DNA of 41,434 bases from a virus (taxonomy: Duplodnaviria; Caudoviricetes). Shown here piece by piece: positions 35,901 through 41,434 of this stretch. A program made the position numbers and the translations under genes. Where the stretch lies: IMG/VR virus record IMGVR_UViG_3300025018_000049, positions 1 through 41,434 of that record. One strand, given 5' to 3'. Every line of letters starts with the position of its first letter. The first letter of the stretch is position 1. The notes beneath the pieces were generated by a model. That model searched no databases. It was given only the letters and a program-made list of their open reading frames with translations, and was not told where the DNA came from.

Positions 35901-36079
35901 AACTATCAGAACAGATGGCCGTCACCTCAACCAGCAGCGATAACTTCAAGCGCTGGACACTCCCCGGCCTCTCCGGATCATCGATAAAGTTCAAGTTTGA
36001 GGAAAATGTATCAACCAGCACTGTCAATCTAGTAAAAATCGCGATCGTTGCGATCGAAAAGAATTTGAGGACTAACTAA
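32936..36079 (+). CDS. Tail nozzle/stabilisation protein (P22 gp10-like) with an inserted beta-propeller
   Basis: 1047 aa; FEGMN start, GEVITGI, LYFID, ETKEFD...KKTIKYL end; Asp-box repeats at ~33300-34300. Confidence 0.7.
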   Translation: MARRNKAKLPQITPVKLSTLTISDFEGMNNTDHPTSLKDNVLSNLQNSYFRNNMLSRRLGTTADYGYLTGKHSEPFTAITKKDAATTTGDWGTDGTANLITNTTTAVDAAVKEYGNGSISGRTSAIASNGTIVVTYADTGGIKAQKSADNGATWTNLAGSAGETTINSDATFTSWSIWIDSSDHIHVGYTYLAAGYGSVGYRKLTYSSGSWTVGDQSSIVAGGGGVHYGFYGITATDAGAIYVAICYDEKASVLGVCKSTNGTSWTGTDGAGWTTEITRDFYNDAVLLINNSQPMVIYSESVANRVMSREFDGTNWASAVSVCSGESQFRSLSVTRKSDDNIWAVFCSTISTNVYTFNGTSWSHSLLLDSSGEPISPVITTDGTNVWVIWSFVEAYNQIEVYSTVHNGTSWGTNTNITDDNGNNRYQSVPHRVSTVFPLFWITGTSTYALKARCVQISGVIQSVGYDAAAGSQVYSAAITSTLNGGTVTAKYADSADNTTFGTFSTDIATMNKRYIKFQLTLTTTSLSTSPSVDLIEITYGGLNVVGGHSFTLSGTNYQIIIAGARAFVVDTGALLQIKSNLTVPGSLPGAPTTGAPFQNFGIICNGSDAPMRFNGKTTTGTIEVQAGTPTILRGTDTLWNTASNANQLSVGGRVKIGSTWYTIQTLTSDTLMTMTESMPTTAAGSSYEAYGLPALAGSPPVGKYVAVHNNFVFIAGVAAYPTRLYNCASGDGVTWSGSGTGFIDINTNDGEVITGIVSFKDVLAIGKYDAAGSKKSILGLYGKIFNDFTYRQLTSDFGFTDQRAVAVAPNALYFIDRSGIVETNLITFRRVDLPINGTTDTWNQATLAPTATATGAVATYWDDYCFFAIPAVGSSVNNKVLMLDLQTGRQWGIHTGLTPSCFYISPYSSVPSLYFGDQTAVSAVFRWNSGTTDNGAYIDWIVETKEFDWKSYFTKKTIKYLYAFMDNTDASYNISAYYALNGSTTWTQLSEQMAVTSTSSDNFKRWTLPGLSGSSIKFKFEENVSTSTVNLVKIAIVAIEKNLRTN

Positions 36080-36690
36080 TGCCTATAATGAGTTATGATC
36101 CAAGACTAGATGATGCGAAGTATGATGATGATCCGATAGTGAGGTCAATCAAAGACTTCTCGCAACTCTTAAACGTGGTGGGTTTAGATGACTCTAACCT
36201 TGCCATGAGAAGCGTGGGGATCTATAACCTGAAAAATCCGTATAAAGCTAGGGCCTACCTTGCATCCAACCAAGACACCGCCGATAGCGCTGGGACAGTC
36301 TTTAAAGTAACGCTTAATACTGAAAGTTATGACCTTAACTCAAATTTTGATTCGACCACTAATTATAGATATACTGCCCCGCTAAGCGGTTATTACCATG
36401 TAAGTTACTCTGTCTTAATGGGGAGTTCCGGTTGGGCGGCAAAGTCAGTTTATCAGACAATATCTTATGTCTATAAAAATGGTGGCGCCCTTATAACCAA
36501 TGATTGCTATGTTTACCCAAATACCACTGCCCTTTCCTTCAAGCAAGTTACCGGTTCTGACATTGTTTATCTAGTGGCCGGAGACTACCTGGAACTTTAT
36601 GGGCGGGTTGACACTGTGCTTGGGGAGAACGCGAGATTTGGAGGGGGAGCAAGCAATACCTTTTTATCAGTTCATTTACTAAGTTTATAA
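36079..36690 (+). CDS. C1q-like domain tail fibre/receptor-binding protein
   Basis: YDLNSNFD..YRYTAPLSGYY, IVYLVAGDYLEL, TFLSVHLL. Confidence 0.7.
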   Translation: MPIMSYDPRLDDAKYDDDPIVRSIKDFSQLLNVVGLDDSNLAMRSVGIYNLKNPYKARAYLASNQDTADSAGTVFKVTLNTESYDLNSNFDSTTNYRYTAPLSGYYHVSYSVLMGSSGWAAKSVYQTISYVYKNGGALITNDCYVYPNTTALSFKQVTGSDIVYLVAGDYLELYGRVDTVLGENARFGGGASNTFLSVHLLSL

Positions 36691-36708
36691 AAAAAGAAAG
36701 GAAGAATA

Positions 36709-37572
36709 ATGGCTACATATCAAGTGAAACCCGGCGATAATTTAAGCAGTATTGCCGCACGCCTGGGTGTCCCTATGTCTAGCATCACCGGATATAAATC
36801 AGGCAATCCGAATTTGATATACTCCGGGGAAAACTTAACTTACGGAGGGGCCGCACCTATGGCCGCCGCCGCTCCAGCACCAGCCGCTCCAGTAGCAGAT
36901 CCAAACGCGGGCGCACCTACCCTGGACACTTATCTGAATCAGGTAAAAGGAGAGGTAGATCCTCAGTATAAGGCGATCGAAGATCAGACCAGGTCATATT
37001 ACGATACTCTTAAGGCCGAACTAGCCCAAAAGATCAAGGACGAGTATGGTCGTAGGGGCATCATGGAATCTAGTTACTATGGAGATGCCTTTGCTAAGGG
37101 TGAATCAGACTCAAATCTTCAAAAAGCCTCTGCACTTTCTCAACTAGCCCTCAAAAAGGGTGAGTATATACAAGGACTTGCAGGTTCCAGATACAGTGAT
37201 GCGCTAAAGAGATGGCAACAGATCCAAGATGATGCGCGCGCCGAGAAGGAATATCAGAGACAGTTGGCCCTATCTCAGGCTCAAGCAACAGCATCGGCCG
37301 CTAAGTCATCAGCAAAGACAAGCGCGAAAACAACCGCTTATAAAAATACAGCTGAAAGTAGAAAACTCTCTTTAGACGCGGAAATAGAAAATGCGAGAAT
37401 CAATGCTGGGAAGTATGTTAACACAGGGAACAGCACCCCGATGTCTAGTCGAGAGGCGCTGATCAAGGCTCTATCCGCTAAATACGGCGACATTGTTGAT
37501 CCAGACCAAATTGCCTTTGAAGTTTATAGGCAAATCAGAGGATACAAAGAAGCAGAATTTAAGTGGAATTAG
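36709..37572 (+). CDS. LysM-domain protein, probable ejection/internal virion protein
   Basis: YQVKPGDNLSSIA...NPNLIYSGENL; helical remainder. Confidence 0.8.
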   Translation: MATYQVKPGDNLSSIAARLGVPMSSITGYKSGNPNLIYSGENLTYGGAAPMAAAAPAPAAPVADPNAGAPTLDTYLNQVKGEVDPQYKAIEDQTRSYYDTLKAELAQKIKDEYGRRGIMESSYYGDAFAKGESDSNLQKASALSQLALKKGEYIQGLAGSRYSDALKRWQQIQDDARAEKEYQRQLALSQAQATASAAKSSAKTSAKTTAYKNTAESRKLSLDAEIENARINAGKYVNTGNSTPMSSREALIKALSAKYGDIVDPDQIAFEVYRQIRGYKEAEFKWN

Positions 37573-37575
37573 ACA

Positions 37576-40500
37576 ATGGCTAATATATGGCATACACAAT
37601 CAACTAAGAATAACCAGCAAGAATCGGGTTCTAAATGGGCCTCCCCCGGACAATTCGTTGCTCCAGAAGAAACGAAGGCTGTTAATGTTCTCAAAAGAGA
37701 GAAGCAAAAACAAATATTGGCCCAAGTCCATCGAGAAAATGATGCCTATATCGCCAAGGCGGAGGCGGAGAGATCTAAAATTCTTAACAGTCCACTATAT
37801 AAGGTGAGACAGGCGGGAGAAAATGCCCTCAGAGTAGGTGGGGATGTCTTTGATATTCCGGGCAGGGTAGTCAAAACTGGCCGTAATTTGCTATATCCGA
37901 ATGATCCCAAATACTACTATGATGATGATCCGATCCAGCAGATTCTAAACCCTCAAGGCTTAAGTCAGGTAGACATCAAAAGGCAGAACGCGACAATCAG
38001 TTCCGCCAAACCTCAATCTATCATCGATAAGATCAGAAACGCTTGGAACGCTAGTCATAATCAGAGGATAGAACCTAACGAAGTTAATGGTAAACCCAAG
38101 GGGATACTCGACAATATTCCAGAGATGATCACCGATCCGGGTAACTTTATCCCAGCCGGAATAATCAGAGGAGGGGTTAAGATTGTCCGGGGGATTAAGG
38201 CAACAAAAAACCCAGCCATCAGAAGCACCATCAGAAATACTAGACTCAGTGATATTATAGAAAATGCCAGTAAAGACACTCCAGATGCCGTCAGAGCCGT
38301 TGAGGATGTCACCAGGACAGCTGAGAAGCCCGGCAATATCAACGAGGTGATCGACACCGCGCTAGGAAAGAAAAAGACCGCCAAGGATATTGTGAGCGAG
38401 AATGTGGCCCAAGAGGTGAAGGCTGGAGGTGCGGCGAGGAATCCACTGGTGTCTCCAGAAATAAAAGTTGGTGTAGATGGTGTAGATGACTTGCAGGGGA
38501 TACGTAACGCGAATCCTGTGTTATTCAGAGAAGCCACAAAAGCAGGGAGTGCCGAAGAATTTATCCAAAAAATGTCAAAAGGAAAACCCGAAACGGTTGA
38601 TAGCCAGGTTCTCACTGATTTTTATAATAAGGTAAATACTACCCCTTCCCAATCTACGGAGGTTACACAAGTCATGCAACCGATAGATTCGGCCATATTC
38701 AACACCCCCGAAACTGGACAAATGTTTGAGGAACTAGCCAATGCTCAAGCCGGACAGCGCTTCGCGACTCCGGATGGTGTTAATATGGGGATGAAATCAT
38801 CCTTCCCTGACTGGGTTCCTGAAGATCTTCGTTCGAGAAAAATGTTTGATCGTGTCCAGAATATACTACTTGAGGGTAAAGTCCCTACCGGTAAAAACAA
38901 AAAGGAAACGGAATTATTCAACGTAATTAAAGAAGAAATAATGGTTAGGAACCTAAGACCCCTCACTTCAGTGGACAATGATGAGATAATCCAACTACGG
39001 CTAGAGAACAGAATGAAACCAGAAACTTATCTTGATAACAGCCCAGAGCGTAATGCCAAAAGAATACAATGGGCCGATGATCTTTATAATAAGGGTGTCG
39101 AGAACGCTATTAAGAGATCCGGAGCAGTCAAGCAAGAGAAACAAATGTATGTTGTTATTGGGCCTCCTGGGGCTGGTAAATCGTCTGTTTTTGTTAATCC
39201 CATAGTCTCCGAACATGGCGCAATAGTGATCGACTCCGACCTCGTAAAAGAAATGGTCGATGAATTTGGGGGAGGAAAGTTTGCAAGGGCCGTTCATAAA
39301 GAATCAGATGGAGTTGCTGCCTACGCCCTAGAAAACGCCATAAATAAAGGTGATAATATTGTTTACCCGATTGTTGGTAAAAACACCGACAAGGTAGAGG
39401 AGTTAGTAAAATACTTTAATGAACGTGGTTACGATGTCCACCTTAAATTTAATGATCTTCCACCAGAAGAAGCCGCCAAAAGAGTAGTTACAAGGTTTAA
39501 CGAACCAGATGAAAATGGTATCCGTAGATTCGTAGATCCTAACTATGTTTTGAACATTGTGGGGTTGACACCAAAGAGAACTTATGATAAATTAAAGTCA
39601 CTATACAGTGACGATTTGAAAGGAGCAATTAAATCTTATGAAGCCTACTCAAACGATGTCCCCTTCGGAGAAAAACCAAGGTTTCTTGAATCTAGCCCAA
39701 ACACCCCAACTGATAGAGGCATTTTCAAAAACGAACGAAGCGGACAGCCAGGAATACATAGCGGTGGAAGTGCTGAGACAACTATCAGAACGCCGGAAGG
39801 CCAAGCAAAGCCAGAAATAATCGCCCAGGATATAGTTCCTGAATCTCCAACTCCAAAACCAGGTAAACCAGCCCCAGACACTTCCGGGGATATGGGCCTG
39901 AATGATCTCAAAATATCAAATAAAGAAACAAAGGCTCCAATCAAAGGTCGAGTTTCTGATTTTGTCGAAAAAGTAAAAACTGACTACCTAAATAGATTTA
40001 CCCCAATCGAAGATCTAGCTAAGGGTAAAAACCTAAAGCCCTCCGAAAATCCGGCAGTGCTTCTTAAACGATACTCCGGCGGAATGGGAATTGCCAACGA
40101 AAGAATCGACAATGAACTATCTCCAATCCTAAACAAAACGAAGAACCTAGAGGGTTTGCGCCAATTCCTAGTAGCTAAAAGATCTAACGAACTAGCCGAC
40201 AGAGGACTAAGTAAACGTGCTGATAAGGCCCTTCAGGAGTTAAAAGACAGCATGGGGCCAACGGAGTATAAGAACTTCGAGAATATCGCCGATGAACTCT
40301 ACGCTTACCAGAAGAAAAACCTCCAACAACTGCTAGATGTGGGCGTATTATCCCAAAAACAATTTAATGACATCACTAGCAAGAACCAAAAATATATTCC
40401 ATTTAATAGGGTGATGGATAATCTTGAGGGGGCCGGATACTTCACAAGTAACAAAAACATCAATGTTAAATCATCTGGGATCAAGGCGATCAAAGGATCA

Positions 40501-41434
40501 GACCGAGACATTGTTGATCCCCTAGAATCAGTGGTAGGCAATACCTACGAAATCACCAAGACAGTTGAAAAACAAAGAGTGTTGAGTGCTATGGTGGGAC
40601 TGGGAGAATTTAAGAAACTCAAAACACCAATGGCCCTTATAAACGTAGATGACGAAGTGGTGGGCGCGATAAAAACAGGATACGAACCAAAACAACCCCA
40701 CATCACCCTATTCCAAGACGGTAAGAAGGTTTATTACGAAACCTCAAAAGAAGTAGCGGATATAATCGGTGGGATGAACGAAGAAAACCTCAACGTGGCT
40801 GTTCGGATCATGTCAGTTCCGGCCAGAATAATGAGAGCGGGAGCCACTGGACTAAACGTAGGCTTCGCCGTTCCTAACATCGTTCGTGACCAATTATCTG
40901 CCGCCGTAAACTCTAAATATGGAGGAATCCCAATATACGACTTTATATCTGGGCTATCTTCGGTTATCAAAAAAGATAAAATGTTCCAAAGTTGGGTCAA
41001 ATCTGGGGCTGATCAGGCTAGTTTCTTTTCCCAAGACAGAACCACCCTCCAGAAGGGCTTAAAAGACATCACTGGAGGACTAGGACACAAGGCCGGAAAG
41101 TTTGTCAAAAACCCACTAGAGATGTTTAGAATCATGGGGGAATTTTCCGAGAAGGGATCTAGGGTTGGTGTATACAAGCGGGCCATGAAGGGAGCCAGTA
41201 AGGAAGGTCTAACTGGTTTTGATCAGGAACTAGCCGCGATGGAGCAAGCCAGAGAAGCCACTATCGACTTTGCTAGGCGCGGATCTAAAATGAAAGCCAT
41301 GAACTCAATAATCCCCTTCTTAAACGCCAGGATGCAGGGATCACTGAAACTTATAGACTCTGCCAGAAAAAGACCAGTTCAAACTCTCGCCATTGGTGGG
41401 GCCATCGCTGGAGCGCCGGCACTTGCCCTCTATG
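37576..41434 (+). CDS. Large polyvalent (ejected) protein with zeta-toxin-like P-loop kinase and LPD38 domains; continues to 993 (~1574 aa)
   Basis: Frame 1 is open from ATG 37576 to the window end (no stop, so absent from the ORF track); GPPGAGKS...IDSD..KE...VHKES at ~39160-39310; NIVRDQ, TIDFARRG, IPFLNA. Confidence 0.85.
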   Translation, partial: MANIWHTQSTKNNQQESGSKWASPGQFVAPEETKAVNVLKREKQKQILAQVHRENDAYIAKAEAERSKILNSPLYKVRQAGENALRVGGDVFDIPGRVVKTGRNLLYPNDPKYYYDDDPIQQILNPQGLSQVDIKRQNATISSAKPQSIIDKIRNAWNASHNQRIEPNEVNGKPKGILDNIPEMITDPGNFIPAGIIRGGVKIVRGIKATKNPAIRSTIRNTRLSDIIENASKDTPDAVRAVEDVTRTAEKPGNINEVIDTALGKKKTAKDIVSENVAQEVKAGGAARNPLVSPEIKVGVDGVDDLQGIRNANPVLFREATKAGSAEEFIQKMSKGKPETVDSQVLTDFYNKVNTTPSQSTEVTQVMQPIDSAIFNTPETGQMFEELANAQAGQRFATPDGVNMGMKSSFPDWVPEDLRSRKMFDRVQNILLEGKVPTGKNKKETELFNVIKEEIMVRNLRPLTSVDNDEIIQLRLENRMKPETYLDNSPERNAKRIQWADDLYNKGVENAIKRSGAVKQEKQMYVVIGPPGAGKSSVFVNPIVSEHGAIVIDSDLVKEMVDEFGGGKFARAVHKESDGVAAYALENAINKGDNIVYPIVGKNTDKVEELVKYFNERGYDVHLKFNDLPPEEAAKRVVTRFNEPDENGIRRFVDPNYVLNIVGLTPKRTYDKLKSLYSDDLKGAIKSYEAYSNDVPFGEKPRFLESSPNTPTDRGIFKNERSGQPGIHSGGSAETTIRTPEGQAKPEIIAQDIVPESPTPKPGKPAPDTSGDMGLNDLKISNKETKAPIKGRVSDFVEKVKTDYLNRFTPIEDLAKGKNLKPSENPAVLLKRYSGGMGIANERIDNELSPILNKTKNLEGLRQFLVAKRSNELADRGLSKRADKALQELKDSMGPTEYKNFENIADELYAYQKKNLQQLLDVGVLSQKQFNDITSKNQKYIPFNRVMDNLEGAGYFTSNKNINVKSSGIKAIKGSDRDIVDPLESVVGNTYEITKTVEKQRVLSAMVGLGEFKKLKTPMALINVDDEVVGAIKTGYEPKQPHITLFQDGKKVYYETSKEVADIIGGMNEENLNVAVRIMSVPARIMRAGATGLNVGFAVPNIVRDQLSAAVNSKYGGIPIYDFISGLSSVIKKDKMFQSWVKSGADQASFFSQDRTTLQKGLKDITGGLGHKAGKFVKNPLEMFRIMGEFSEKGSRVGVYKRAMKGASKEGLTGFDQELAAMEQAREATIDFARRGSKMKAMNSIIPFLNARMQGSLKLIDSARKRPVQTLAIGGAIAGAPALALY
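41308..41434. repeat. Terminal direct repeat, copy 2
   Basis: Identical to 1-127. Confidence 0.95.

Noticed and set aside
37493-41000. Short ORFs listed in the last 4 kb, giving an apparent gene desert
   Set aside because: The region is one frame-1 ORF lacking a stop inside the window
1-41434. Stop-codon reassignment (code 25 or 15)
   Set aside because: Genes are full length under code 11, and TGA/TAG stops sit at tight gene overlaps

Overview
The window is an apparently complete circular dsDNA tailed-phage genome of about 41,307 bp. Bases 1-127 are repeated exactly at 41308-41434, which looks like a k=127 assembly overlap. Essentially all real genes are on the + strand and use the standard code. 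Gene order: lysis (holin-like gene, CHAP endolysin with a nested holin); a GC-richer accessory operon (single-AAA ClpB-like ATPase, metallophosphoesterase split by an HNH-carrying group I intron); early/replication genes (SLT transglycosylase, HNH, ERF recombinase, initiator with iterons); nucleotide-sugar enzymes; a small terminase and a split large terminase; KhpA; P22-like portal, scaffold and major capsid; a glycosyl/methyltransferase block ending in a mucin-like Ser-rich protein; podovirus-like tail genes; and a ~1574-aa LPD38/zeta-toxin polyvalent protein spanning the junction. I recognised no integrase, polymerase or reverse transcriptase. A Patescibacteria (CPR) host is suspected, by inference only. 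Highlights: (1) two polypeptide-GalNAc-transferase (GT27)-like enzymes next to a mucin/SRRP-like virion protein, suggesting phage-encoded mucin-type O-glycosylation; (2) a group I intron whose P1/P10 pairing and restored GDxxD motif imply a terminal omega-A instead of omega-G; (3) an exact 16S rRNA 3'-end (anti-SD) sequence in a hairpin upstream of the scaffold gene; (4) an Acb2/Tad1-like small gene sitting inside the loop of a split terminator. All family assignments come from reading motifs by eye; no searches were run.
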